From Octopus vulgaris (taxonomy: Eukaryota), in the NCBI GenBank assembly GCA_951406725.2, contig OX597827.1, forward strand, positions 42,036,001-42,100,000: a stretch of DNA of 64,000 nt. The letters are read 5' to 3'. Position numbers and translations under genes: made by a program. Shown one piece after another: positions 14,225 through 26,993 of this stretch. The notes under the pieces were generated by a model. The model worked only from the letters and a program-made list of their open reading frames with translations, made no database searches and was not told where the DNA came from. Position 1 is the first letter of the stretch; each line of letters opens with the position of its first letter.

Positions 14225-14680
14225 TGTCCTTGGCCTTGCAGTGCTACGAGTTAGGGGGCCTCCTATCAGACGGGCTTGTCCGCGGTGACAAAACCGTTCT
14301 GCTCACCCTCGTTCAGCGTCCGGGCATTGCTGAATTGTGGGATTATGTCGAACAACTGCTGTCACGTGTGGAACGCATTCGTCTGTTGGCCGTGTCTGTA
14401 ATGATGGTTGTCCTGCCGCCCTCCTTTAATTGGGCTGGCAAGACAGTTTTCCCTTACAAAGTGGCTGTGGTGAAAGAGGTTGTTTGGTGGAAAAAGGCCG
14501 AACGGCATGAGGATAGATACATTCCACTTTGGTACAGCTCTCATTGACTTCTTCAAGTTTCATTTGAAAAGGAAATTGAGAGTGGAGAAGGATGTCCTGT
14601 CCTTGAGTGAGTTTACTGAAAGGTGGGTGAAAGGTGCGAAAATGTGAAGAGTGGATGGTACCTCTCTAAGTGTAGATCAT
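14225..14680 (+). pseudogene. L1/Tx1-type LINE ORF2 C-terminal fragment
   Basis: Decayed post-RT region ...AELWDYVEQLLSRV...AVVKEVVWW...FHLKRKLRVEKDVLSLSEFTERWV. Confidence 0.55.
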
Positions 14681-14691
14681 GTATATATATA

Positions 14692-14783
14692 TACCTGTTG
14701 GACACATGTGCCTCCATCACCTCGCCTCCGGGGGCTGAGTAACAGCCATTTCAAAAACATGCGTCCTCTCTTGCCCCACTCTG

Positions 14784-14832
<49 letters not shown>

Positions 14833-14960
14833 ATATATATATATATATATACATGTGTGAGTGTATATATATATATATACATGTGCACTCACATCACCCC
14901 GCCTCCGGGGCAGGCAACAGCCATTTCAAAAACATATGCGCCCTCTCTTGCCCCACTCTG
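14692..14960 (-). repeat. Two inverted copies of the left end of the 15083 Tc1/mariner element
   Basis: 14692-14785 is the reverse complement of 15081-15174; 14879-14960 is a second, more diverged copy. Confidence 0.85.
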
Positions 14961-15063
<103 letters not shown>

Positions 15064-15082
15064 ATATATATATATATACATA

Positions 15083-15857
15083 CAGAGTGGGGCAAGAGAG
15101 GGCGCATGTTTTTGAAATGGCTGTTACTCAGCCCCCGGAGGCGAGGTTATGGAGGCACATGTGTCCAACAGGTACCATTCGGTCCGTAGTGTCTTAGCAT
15201 TTTTTTTTCTTTTCAGGTGAAGCAACGGCGCTATGGATGATAGAGCATCGCGTGTTTGCCCGCGAGATTTACGTGAAGGTTAACGAGTCTGACACAGAAG
15301 TTCAACGTGAGTTTCGGAGCCACTTCAACATTCACCGAAACAAAGGTTGTTCCCACCCGTAACACAATATTACGTTGGGTGGATGCACTTCGTACACGTG
15401 GTACACTAATGAATGGGAGATTAGTGGGGGCGTCACGAACAGTACGGACCCCGGAAATGTAAAATGAGTCAAACAAGCTTTGATACGGAGTCCGAATCGC
15501 TCTGCTCGAAGGCATTCTACTGAACTTGGCATCGATAATCGATCGGTAAGGCGTATTTTGTATGAAGACCTGCATTTCCGCAGATCATACAAATTGATCC
15601 TTGGACAACAAATGAAACCATGGGATTGTGCAAAGAGCAATGCTGGAGAGAGTGAAGGCCAACTTCACTCTGAAGAACGCCTTCAGAAATGCATCAATGA
15701 AAACGGACACCACATGATGGATGTTGTTTTCCACACTTGATTTTGACAAATGCTAATTTAATACGAACACATTGGTGTCAATAAAATTTGTTTGCAGCCA
15801 AAATTAATGATTTTGTGAATTTTTAAAAAAAACGCCCGCCTTCTCTGCCCCACCATG
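15083..15857 (+). mobile_element. Internally deleted Tc1/mariner-superfamily transposon
   Basis: TA|CAGAGTGGGGCA left end, diverged right end TGCCCCACCATG; HTH region VQREFRSHFN...RSPNRSARRHS...VRRIL and C-terminus RLQKCINENGHH. Confidence 0.75.
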
Positions 15858-15862
15858 TGCAT

Positions 15863-15901
<39 letters not shown>

Positions 15902-16011
15902 CATACATACATACATACATACATACACAAACACATACATACACACACATATACATACATATATACATACATACACGCACACGTACACATACATACATAC
16001 ATACATACAAA

Positions 16012-16426
16012 GGCGCAGGAGTGGCTGTGTGGTAAGTAGTCTGCTTACCAGCCACATGGTTCCGAGTTCATTCCCACTGCGTGGCACCTTGGGCAAGTGT
16101 CTTCTACTATAGACTCGGGCCGACCAAAGCTTTGTGAGTGGATTTGGTAGACGGAAATTGAAAGAAGCCCGTCGTATATATGTATATATATATGTATGTG
16201 TGTGTATATGTTTGTGTGTCTGTGTTTGTTCTCCCAACATCGCTTGACAACCGATGGTGGTGTGTTTACGTCCCCGTAACATAGCGGTTCGGCAAAATCC
16301 ACCGATAGAATAAGTACTAGGCTTCCAAATAATAAGTCTTGGGGTCGATTTGCTCGACTAAAGGCGGTGCTCCAGCATGGCCGCAGTCAAATGACTGAAA
16401 CAAGTAAAAGGGTAAAGATTAAAGAG
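16012..16426 (+). mobile_element. SINE family A, full length
   Basis: Consensus head, internal microsatellite and tail. Confidence 0.88.
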
Positions 16427-16742
16427 TACACAAATTCATACACACATACATACATACACACATACATACATACATACATACATACATACATACATACATA
16501 CATACATAATTACGACGGGTTTTCACACACTCTATGTCTAGCAAATTCACTCGAAAAGCATTGGTCAGCAGGGAGATATTATAGAAGTCATGTACCCAAG
16601 TTGTCGCGCAGTGGGACTGAAACCGGGACCACGTGATTGGAAAGCGAGTTTCATAAATACAAATATATATGTGTGAGTGTGTGTTTAAGCAAGAATGCGT
16701 GCATGCATGCTCGAATAAATGGTCGTATGTGATTCCATTAAA

Positions 16743-16833
16743 CTATCTATCTATCAATCTATCTATCTGTCTATCTGTATATCTATCTATCTGTCTGTCT
16801 GTCTATCTATCTGTCTATCTATCTATCCCTCTG

Positions 16834-16890
<57 letters not shown>

Positions 16891-16898
16891 GCATCCCC

Positions 16899-16982
<84 letters not shown>

Positions 16983-16990
16983 ATCTATCT
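16743..16990. repeat. (TCTA)n microsatellite
   Basis: Seen directly in the sequence. Confidence 0.95.
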
Positions 16991-17571
16991 TTCTATATAT
17001 GTCTAAGTATGTATGTCTTTTTCAATATGTCTGTTTATCTGCCTTTCCGTCTGTCTGTCTATCTGTCTGTCTGTCTTTACGTATGTATGTACGCATGTAG
17101 GTATGCATGTACCTTACCATATATGGAAATGTGGTAGCGGGAGGCACTTCTAGCAATCTATTGAAAATGTATTTTTGGAGTGTTCTTGGTAGTTATCAGA
17201 TATCAGGACGTTTTTCATAGCGTTTATCACATGAATTAGATATCACTTCCCTGTATATTTATTATAGTTTAGTTTATTAATTAAAAACAAATTAAAATAA
17301 AATAAATCAAACGCATTTTACGCAGAATCGGATTTCACAATCATTACCAGATTATAACCAATTATTCACGATTAATTGTTTCCCTTTCACTTGGATTTAA
17401 AGTAGTTTCTTCTATATAGCCGCCATCCGCCATCTTCTATGTACAACGTGCAAAAATTTGCTCTACATGCATTTATGCACACACGTATAAACATGCACCA
17501 ACACGCACACAGACGCTCATGCATATACGTATTGGTATAAAATTATGTATGTATGAATGTACGAATGTATA

Positions 17572-17635
<64 letters not shown>

Positions 17636-17671
17636 AATATATATATATTTACATGTTTATATGTATGTATG

Positions 17672-17725
<54 letters not shown>

Positions 17726-17744
17726 CATGTTTATATGTATGTAG

Positions 17745-17780
<36 letters not shown>

Positions 17781-17785
<5 letters not shown>

Positions 17786-18103
17786 CAGCGTGGAAGGTGT
17801 TTATAAGCCATTTAAAAATACGCAAAACCATTAGATTCCTTCAACATTTAAATTAAATTTGTATCAAAATATTTTCGTCGCTTTGAAACCGCGGCCTGTT
17901 CAGGACGAAATTTCGTCAATGAACAAGTTGCGGTTGAAAGCGAGGAAAATATTATGACATGAATTAAATTTAAATGTTGAAGTGAAACTAATGGTTTCTC
18001 TGTGTATTTAAATGGCTTATAAACACCCTCCATGCTGCAGTTGTTTTTGTTTCAGCACACGATATAAGATCAAATCATATGCTATGCAAGTAGATTTCCT
18101 TAA
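17781..18103. mobile_element. Palindromic element, family P2, with HHR-like motifs in both arms
   Basis: Centre GACGAAA|TTTCGTC at 17910/17911; arms about 130 bp; unpaired tail to about 18103; flanked by (TA)n; homologous to 59887-60215. Confidence 0.8.
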
Positions 18104-18111
18104 TATATATA

Positions 18112-18171
<60 letters not shown>

Positions 18172-18173
<2 letters not shown>

Positions 18174-18362
18174 CGCCGAGCTAGCAGAAACGTTAGCACG
18201 CGGTATTTCGTCTGACTTTACATTCTGAGTACAGATTCCGCCGAGGTCGACTTTGCCTTTCATCCTTTAGGGGTCGATAAATTAAGTACCAGTTGCGTAC
18301 TGGAGTCGATCTAATCGTCAGGGCCCCACCCACCAAAGGTTGTGCCTACACTAGAAAAGAAT
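18172..18362 (+). mobile_element. SINE family B (variant tail)
   Basis: Family B head and core present. Confidence 0.75.
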
Positions 18363-18377
18363 ATATATATATATATA

Positions 18378-19609
18378 CAGATGCGTAAGATATTTGAAGA
18401 CAGTTTTATGTTTATAAAAAAAGAAACAGATATATAATTACAAATGCTATGTGGTTAAAAATAAACCTTCTTTTCTATAATGTTATTCAATAAAGCCACC
18501 TTCCGCTTCAACAACTGCTTCTATACGAGATTTAAATCATCTACATGATGTAATCAAGTGGTCCTGGTTCATTTGGGATATTACACTGACTATGATAGCT
18601 TCAAAGAATATTTGGTGATACGGGCACTTTCCTTGACCTCTTTCTCAACAACGCTCCACATGTAAATAATCCAATGGATTGTGATCTGGGGAATTACGAG
18701 GCCAAATGTTAGGGGTTATGTGACCATGAAAATTTTCACTCATCCGTTCCTGTGTTACTAGAGCCATGTGTGATAGTGCAGAGTCTTACTGAAACACACA
18801 TGGCGTTCCATTGCATATGCTGTCTATCCAGGGCTTAATTATTTCCACGCAGTAGAGTTAACTATAAGGCCTTGTGGAAAGAGGTAAGGAGGCATAACAT
18901 GTTCTTAATTGCTGACAACTCCTAAAACCATGACAGTTGCAGGAAATTCAGTATGCATAACACTTGGTAATTCAGAAGGGTCTGCACATAACCATCTGTC
19001 ATTTCTTCTGTTAACTTTTTGATCTTGGTCGAAGTATTTCTCATTTGAGAAAACCAAATCGAATCTCCTTCTGCTGGATTTTTCAGTTTCTTTAAGAACC
19101 TTTTAGATTTGATGTAGTGATTTTCTTTTGCTTTTCCTGACAAGTTGACCTTTCCTCATCATATAAGGACTTATATCTGATGTCTTCGAGGACAACATTT
19201 CTGACTGTTCATTCTGACACATGGAGATCTTTTGCAATTGACTTCATGGACTTTCTGTGATTGTAATCAATGATCTGTTGAACTTGTTGGATAAATTCAA
19301 TTCTTCTGATGATTTCAGAGCGTCTAGAATGCTTTTTATGCTTTGATACAGGTAGTATACATTTCCACCTTAAGTCTCTAGCTCCTTACAAACGTTGTAG
19401 ACGAAATATCCGACAACTATTAAAAATCGAGATATTACTAAATTGCTATGTACAGCCTTTTATAACCACAATAACAGCATGCATCTTCATTTCTTGAGGA
19501 AGCTGAGCGTCTGCCACTATTTTTTTGTGAAACAAAGACTATACAAAGTTAGCAAAACATGCAGCAATGACCCCTAAAATGTATGTCTACAAACACCTTA
19601 CGCAACTTT
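18378..19609 (-). mobile_element. Decayed full-length Tc1/mariner-superfamily transposon
   Basis: Diverged TIRs CAGATGCGTAAG.../...CTTACGCAAC in TA context; minus-strand motifs QDSALSH, WPRNSPDHNPLDY and SRIEAVVEAEGGFIE*. Confidence 0.8.
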
Positions 19610-19789
19610 TATATATATATAGGCGCAAGAGTGGCTGTGTGGTAAGAAGCTTGATTCCTAACCACATGGTTCTGGATTCAGTCTCACTGCGTGGCAGCTT
19701 CGGCAAATATCTTCTACTATGACCTCGGCCGACCAAAGGCTTGTTAGTGCGTTTGGTAGATGGAAACTGAAAGAAGCAGTCGTTTTTTT

Positions 19790-19952
19790 TCTCTCCTTGT
19801 TTCTCTTCTTATTTTTTCTGTGTCCCTTTCTCTAGAAGAGCGTAGGCTCGAAACGTAAAAGACTTTTTCTATTCCTGAGCGTTATACTAATACATCGATT
19901 TGTTTTGTACACCACCTGTCTTCTTCTTTTGTTTTTTTCGTAAACTCTCCCT
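19790..19952 (+). mobile_element. Penelope-like terminal fragment, family P4, with degenerate HHR
   Basis: CTTT-CTCTAGA-a-GAGC(gtag)GCTC-GAAACGTA-AAAG; homologous to 60583-60750. Confidence 0.6.
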
Positions 19953-19955
19953 ATA

Positions 19956-20016
<61 letters not shown>

Positions 20017-20303
20017 ACAATAAAGGGTGAAATTAATTAATTTGGAATAATTATTAATTACACCAAGTAGATTTTGGCATGTAAAAGCCTCATTCGAGGA
20101 AAATTTAAGTAATACTAAGCAATTAAGGGTTTAGCAACGAATTGCCTCGCCACACACACCGAATTTAGAAATAGCAGTCAAAGAGATATAGCTATTCCTT
20201 CTACTAAAAGGGAGATCTCAGTAAAAACACAGCACTTGAAAAGCAAACACAGACAGGTAAGAAAGAATGAGATGACGGCAATCTATCATACAATTTTAAG
20301 TTA

Positions 20304-20396
20304 CCTACGGACGTACGTTTCGAAATCAAGTTTTAGGAAAGCATAAGAATTAGAAAATTCTACCTTACCCCAAACTTCTTTTCTCATCGGCGTAGG
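20304..20396 (-). ncRNA. Type I hammerhead ribozyme (left-arm copy)
   Basis: Reverse complement of 20690-20781. Confidence 0.7.
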
Positions 20397-20689
20397 ATAC
20401 TACAATTATGAATAATTGTATATTAAATTTTGAGATACTAGAAGGCATTATCTCAACTCAGTGTCAGAGCGAGCCAAAGCATTACCAGTACCACGAAATT
20501 CAAAGTGTGAATGAAAGTTTGCGTCACCAGCCCCCTTCCACCCGCGTGTAGGGGGCGGGTGACACAAACTTTCATTCACACTTTGAATTTCGTGGTACTG
20601 GTAATGCTTTGGCTCGCTCTGACACTGAGTTGAGATAATGCCTTCTAGTATCTCAAAATTTAATATACAATTATTCATAATTGTAGTAT

Positions 20690-20781
20690 CCTACGCCGAT
20701 GAGAAAAGAAGTTTGGGTAAGGTAGAATTTTCTAATTCTTATGCTTTCCTAAAACTTGATTTCGAAACGTACGTCCGTAGG
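20690..20781 (+). ncRNA. Type I hammerhead ribozyme, GUC cleavage site predicted after 20775
   Basis: Stem I CCTACG/CGTAGG; core CCGATGA; long stem II GAAA...AAGTTT/AAACTT...TTTC; GAAA; palindromic stem III ACGTACGT followed by C17. Confidence 0.72.
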
Positions 20782-20967
20782 TAACTTAAAATTGTATGAT
20801 AGATTGCCGTCATCTCATTCTTTCTTACCTGTCTGTGTTTGCTTTTCAAGTGCTGTGTTTTTACTGAGATCGCCCTTTTAGTAGAAGGAATAGCTATATC
20901 TCTTTGACTGCTATTTCTAAATTCGGTGTGTGGCGAGGCAATTCGTTGCTAAACCCTTAATTGCTTA

Positions 20968-21023
<56 letters not shown>

Positions 21024-21287
21024 GTATATATATACATATATATATGTGTGTGCGTATGTATGCACTTGCATGACTGTCCTCCCACCATCGCTTGACAACC
21101 GATGTTGGTGTGTTCATGTTCCCGTAACTTACAGGTTTGGCAAAAGGTTCCGATAGGATAAGTACTAGGCTTATAAAGAATAAGTTTGTAGGGTCGATTT
21201 GTTCGGACTAAAGGCGATGCTCCAGCATGGTTGCAGTCAAATGACTTAAACAAGTGAAAGAATAAAACAATAAAAGAATATATATAC

Positions 21288-21353
<66 letters not shown>

Positions 21354-21359
21354 TATTTT

Positions 21360-21742
21360 ATTCTTTTGCTTATTTATGTCATTTGACTGCGGCCATGCTG
21401 AGCACCGCCTTTAGTCCGAACAAATCGACCCCAGTAATTATTCTTTCTAGGCCTAGTACTTATTCTATCGGTCCCTTTTGTCGAACCGCGAAATTACGGG
21501 AACGTAAACACACCAACATCGGTTGTCAAGCGATGGTGGGCGGACAAACAGACACATGCACATACATATACGTATACGACGGGCTTCTTTCAGTTTCCGT
21601 CTACCAAATACTCTCACAAGGCTTTGGTAGGCCCGAGGCTATAGTAGAAGACACTTGCCGATGTTGCCACGCAGAGGAGATGAAGCCGGAACCATGTGGT
21701 TACGAAGCGAGGTTCTTAGCACACAGCCATTCCTTACGCCTA
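21360..21742 (-). mobile_element. SINE family A
   Basis: Reverse complement of the family A consensus. Confidence 0.8.
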
Positions 21743-21748
21743 TATATA

Positions 21749-22800
21749 CAGAGGTTGGACAAAATAATGGAAACACCTTAAAAGTTCAAACACATTTATA
21801 TTAATAAGGGGCAGGACTGCCTTTGGCAGTAGTTAGATCTTGAATACTACGAGCTATGGACTCGTACAAAGTTTGAATTGTTTCCAAAAGAATTTTTCTC
21901 CATTCTTCAGCTAAAACAGTCTCCAGTTCTTGTATTGATAATGGTGGAGGCTATCGATTCCTTACTTGTATTTCTAAATAATATTGAGATGTGGGGACTG
22001 TGATGGCCAGATAAGATGTTCAACTTCACTAGAATGCTTCTCATTCCATTCAGTAACAAATTTAGCAGTGTGAATTGGTGCATTATCATCCTGAAAGATT
22101 GCGTTTTCCTCCAGAAACAGTTCCGCAACCATAGGATGAATTTGAAATGATAAAATGCTTAAACAGTTTTGACTATAAATTCTGCCATGAAGGGAAACTG
22201 CTGGGCCGGAGGATTTCTAAGATATCGCTCCCCACCAGATGATCACAGATCTTCCTCCATGTTTAACAGTTGGAAGACGGCAGTCTGGGTCCAATGCTTC
22301 TTTTGGCTGTCTCCACACGCATACTCGGCTGGTAGTTGGAAATAAGAGTAAAGGATGACTCGTCTGAGAAAATAACATTCTTCCACTGCTCTAGGGACCA
22401 ATTCTGTAGGTTTTTACTCCACTCTAAATGCTTTGCGACGTTTGTTTTTCGAAAGTAGTGGTTTTCTGATTGCAGCCCTGAAATCCGACTTTATGCTGCT
22501 CTCGGCGAACAGTTTTTATGGAAACTGAGTTCTCGAGTTGGTCATTAAGTTCTGCAGTAATTTCGGGAGCTGTACTTTTGCGATCCTTTCTCACAATTCG
22601 CGTAAGAGTGCGACGGTCCCTATGAGAAAGTATTGGTTTTCTTCCGGAGTTATTCCCTCTTTCTCAAAGGCTGTCATTACTTTCGAGACAGTATTTCTTG
22701 ATACACCAAAGAGTTTGGCTGTTTTCGTTACGCTAGCGCCTGCCATACGACCACCAACAATTTGATCTCTTTGAAAGTCCGAGAGACCTGTTATTTTAAT
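21749..22800 (-). mobile_element. Decayed Tc1-like transposon
   Basis: TA|CAGAGGTTGGACAAAATAATGGAAACA end; LSDFQRDQIVGGRMAGASVTKTAKLFGVSR, WKNVIFSDES, QDDNAPIH and WPSQSPHLN motifs. Confidence 0.85.
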
Positions 22801-22809
22801 GAATTTAAT

Positions 22810-23410
22810 TACCTTTTTCAGTGGGTAGGGAAAGGAAAAACACCGGCTGCTCAGGCTAAAGAAGGTTTTCACCCACGTAAAATGTTCTTATGTGTTTGAT
22901 GGGATGTGAAAGGTTTAGTTCAATTTGAACTTTTAAACCCAAACCAAACGATAAAAAAGGAGATCTACTGCGAGCAGCTTGAGCGGCTTTAGTCAGCGCT
23001 GGCGGTAAAATGACCATCTTTGGTTTCAAGATGAAAGGGGTTCTTCCATCAGGATAATGCTCGGACACATACAGCGAGGACGACATCCCAAAAGCTGGAG
23101 CAGTTTGAATGGGAAACGATGCTCCACCCACCATATTTGTTGGACATTGCCCCATCTGATTATCATTTATTCTGCAGTCTTCAAAATCATTTGGACGGAA
23201 AAAAATATGAATTTTGCAGACGAGGTCAGAAGAATATTGGAGGAGTATTTTTCGTCACAGACAAGTGAATTTTGGAAGAAGGGCCTTGCAAGTCTATCAG
23301 ATTGATGAAAGGGCATTGTAGAAAATGAAAGAAAATACATATTAGATAAAAAAAGAACTTTGTTAAACTTAATTTTGAAAAAGAAAAGAAGTATACAAAA
23401 ACCGCATTTA
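22810..23410 (+). mobile_element. Mariner (DD34D-type) transposase 3' half
   Basis: YCEQLERL, HQDNARTH, HPPYLLDIAPSDYHLF and FWKKGLASL motifs; same family as 48423-49363. Confidence 0.85.
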
Positions 23411-23575
23411 ACAGGAAGTTTTGCGAAATCTCAGTTGCATAAGAGTTTTTTTTTACTAATTCTTACTGTTTTTAACCTGCTAAATTCAAATCTGAAAACA
23501 GTTATATTCGACATGCTCTAGTTTTCAGGCAAATTTAGGTTTTGCATTCTAGACATTTGCGGTCAAATTAATTAA

Positions 23576-24495
23576 TTACCTCCGCTCCACATCAAGCTGG
23601 GTTTGATGAAACAGCTTGGCAAAGCATTAAATTCTGATGAGGATTGCTTCCAACACATAGTCTCTACTCTCTCTGCTTTGTCCTTCGAGATGATCAAGGC
23701 AGGTGTGTTTGACGGAGCGCAGATTCGTACACTTGTACGTGTTCAAGAATTTGTCAGAACGATGAATGACAAGGAAAGGTCTACGTGGCTTTCACTTATG
23801 GCGGGAATAGAAAACTTTCTCGGTAATAAAACATCTGACAACTATGAAAGTATCGTAGCTAATATGTTGTCAGCTTTTCGTAATCTTGGACGTAACATGA
23901 GTGTCAAATTCCATTTCATGCACAGTTATCTTGATAGATTTCCTGAGAACCTAGGAACAGTAATTGACGAACAAAGCGAGCGGTTCCAATAGGACCTCAA
24001 GGCCATGGAAGAGCGTTACCAAGGAAGATGAGACAAATATATGATGGCAGACTACTATTGGAGCATTAAGCGAGATTGCTCCGAGACAGTCCACAGGCGC
24101 AAAAGCTTCAACCGCAAATTCCTGCATGAATAGACTGCAATCGAGCTTTGCCTTCTCATAGTAACTAATGTCTCATTTATCAATCAGTTTTATATAAACT
24201 ACAACCTTTCCTTATTAGGGAAAACGTTTCACATTGTGTTCTTGAATAAATTTATACTATCTTGTATAATCTCTTTTATTACCCAGTTAATACAAAGAGA
24301 GTTTAATCACAGATATCTCTTGGTAGACTATGACGTCAATGCGATGAAGACGAAATTTTGAGATTATGGAATACAGTGATTGTCAAACAATTAATGCATT
24401 TAGTTAAATAACCAGTTTCAGATCTGAAATCTATGCACTCAGACTTGGTTATCGAAGTGTTGATATCAATGCAACAAAAAGTTTGTTGACCAGTT
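23576..24495 (+). mobile_element. Chapaev3/Transib-related (CMC) DNA transposon 3' part
   Basis: LPPLHIKLGLMKQ, IKAGVFDGAQIR, MSVKFHFMHSYLDRFPENLG...DEQSERFQ, MMADY.W motifs; terminus-like GTTGACCAGT at about 24493. Confidence 0.75.
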
Positions 24496-24507
24496 ATTCA
24501 TTAAGCA

Positions 24508-24510
<3 letters not shown>

Positions 24511-24571
<61 letters not shown>

Positions 24572-24876
24572 TTCTTTACTGCCCACAAGGGGCTGAACAT
24601 AGTGGGGACAAACAAGGACAGACAAAGGGGTTAAGTCGATTAAATCGACCCCAATGCGAAACTGGTACTTAATTTATCGACCCCGAAAGAATGAAAGGCA
24701 AAGTTAATCCAAACATGAAAACACAAAGAGAAAACACAACAATGCGAGGACGTGGAACAAGTATAGTGTTATTGATCGCTCAGGAAAGGATAGAAAGATG
24801 GAGGATCTAACGTTTCGACGATCTGTCAGAAACATAGGAAAAGGAAAGATCCAAGGAAGGGAAGACAGAGGAAAAT

Positions 24877-24934
<58 letters not shown>

Positions 24935-24943
24935 ATGTGTGTG

Positions 24944-24981
<38 letters not shown>

Positions 24982-25382
24982 CACATATACATATATGTAT
25001 ATATTTGTGTGTGTGTGTGTGTGTGTGTGTGTCGGGAGTGTACCGTTGGCGATTTTTTTCCCTCTGTCTTCCCTTCCTTGGATCTTTCCTTTTCCTATGT
25101 TTCTGACGAAGAGCGCTGCTCGAAACGTTAGATCCTCCATCTTTCTATCCTTTCCTGAGCGTCCAACAACATATGCTTGTTCCACGTCCTCGCGTTGTTG
25201 TGTTTTCTCTTTGTATTTTCATGTTTGGATTAACTTTGCCTTTCATTCTTTCGAGGTCGATAAATTAAGTACCAGTTTCGCATTGGGGTCGATTTAATCG
25301 ACTTAACCCCTTTGTCTGTCCTTGTTTGTCCCCACTATGTTCAGCCCTTTGTGGGCAGTAAAGAAATATATATATATATATA

Positions 25383-25430
<48 letters not shown>

Positions 25431-25433
25431 TGT
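24511..25433. repeat. Composite inverted repeat: [microsatellite + SINE B 3' half + family P5 HHR element] mirrored
   Basis: 24571-24875 is the reverse complement of 25055-25366; flanking (CA)n(TA)n and (TA)n(TG)n are also mirrored. Confidence 0.9.
25099..25133 (+). ncRNA. Minimal type I hammerhead motif
   Basis: GTTT-CTGACGA-a-GAGC(gct)GCTC-GAAACGTT-AGAT: canonical core with loopless palindromic stem III ACGT. Confidence 0.6.
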
Positions 25434-25769
25434 AGTGGACTCTCCCGTGGTTAGACCACGCAAACAATTTATTCAAACTGATCAAGTGTTTGTGTTCACT
25501 TGAGCTCCCACTCTCCATCAAATCAACATTACCTGTACAGGTGCACCATGTATTCCACATGCCAGGTTACGAAATTATCGCAGAACAACGCGAAACCAAG
25601 TGCTTTGCTCAAGAACACAATGCAACGCCTGGTCTTGGAATCAAAATCACGATCTCGCAATCATGAGTGCAACACTCTAACCACCAATTTTGGCACCGCT
25701 CACAGGGTGACATGGACCATCTGAAACATTTATGACCATACAGTCTTGAAATTAGACTCAAAATAACTG

Positions 25770-26290
25770 TCTGTGTGTGTGTGTGTGTGTGTGTCTTCTA
25801 GGATCTCGGGCATCCTCCATCCGATTGCGCTCAAATTTGATACGTAGATACCGACGGTATCAGGGAGTGTATAAGTCTTGAAAAAAATTACAAAAATCGA
25901 TTGCAGGTGAGAATGCGGTCGATAAAGCCGTGGTAACGTGCATTTGTACGCGCAAGTTCATCAGCTGTTGCGATCGACACAACGCGTACGCGAGAAAAAT
26001 ACACGTGCAGCTTGCTCAAAAAAAAAATCAGCATGCTTTTCCATCTAGATTTACCGCCAGCTAACTCATTTGCATGCATCGTTTTGTCCTGCTTTTCTTC
26101 CGTCAACCGGTACATAACTGCACCTTCCATTTCTTTCCTGCCAAGCTTACTGTTTAAACCATGTTTGTGTTCTCCCAGTCAACAGCTTTATCATTACTGG
26201 TACTTTAAGCTCTTCGGTTGCATATTTGTGTGAATGAAATCGTTTTTCTTTGGAATAGAAAAAAGTCTATCTTTCTTCTTTTGCTGGTGT
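25770..26290 (+). mobile_element. Possible non-autonomous Helitron/Helentron-like element
   Basis: CTGTCTG(TG)n followed by CCGATTGCGCTCAAATTTG, reminiscent of DINE-1-like elements; ends not defined. Confidence 0.3.
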
Positions 26291-26771
26291 CTGAAATTTA
26301 GGTTAGATCAGTGTTTCTCAAAGGTGGGGGGGGGGGGGGGATATGGGACGGTCGGACAAGTTGTTTTGAGAAAATTTGGTTTAAATGTTTGGCATCTCAG
26401 CACTGTCCATTGGACAGCGGGGCGGGGGCGTTTTCCTCGTATATGTGTGTGTGTGTGTATGTGTGTGTGTGTGTATGTTTGTGTTTGTCCTCCCCGCCAT
26501 CGCTTGACAACCGATGGTGGTGTGTTTATATCCCCGTAACTAAGTGTTGTTCGGCAAAAGAGTCCCGATAGAATAATTACTGGGCTTACAAAGGATAGGG
26601 CCTGGGGTCGATTTGTTCGACTAACACCCTTTAAGGTGATGCTCCAGCATGGCCGCACTCTAGTAACAGAAACAAGTAAAAAGAGTTAAAAAAATTAAGA
26701 GAGTATATATATATATATATACACAGACAAAGAAATATATACGCAAGTATATATATATATACATATATACA

Positions 26772-26938
26772 GGCGCAGGAGTGGCTGTGTGGTAAGTAGC
26801 TTGCTAACCAACCACATGGTTCCGGGTTGAGTCCCACTGCGTGACATCTTGGGCAAGTGTCTTCTGCTATAGCCCCAGGCCGACCAATGCCTTGTGAGTG
26901 GATTTGGTAGACTGAAACTGAAAGAAGCCTGTCGTATA

Positions 26939-26993
<55 letters not shown>

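Larger units (their letters stand above)
20013..20971. mobile_element. About 860-bp near-perfect palindrome plus 100-bp unpaired tail, family P3
   Basis: 20112-~20540 is the reverse complement of ~20545-20971 with few mismatches; GC-rich centre; (TA)n on both sides. Confidence 0.92.
19622..21278 (+). mobile_element. SINE family A split by about 1.3 kb of nested insertions
   Basis: 5' half at 19622-19782 and 3' half at about 21070-21278, on the same strand. Confidence 0.65.
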
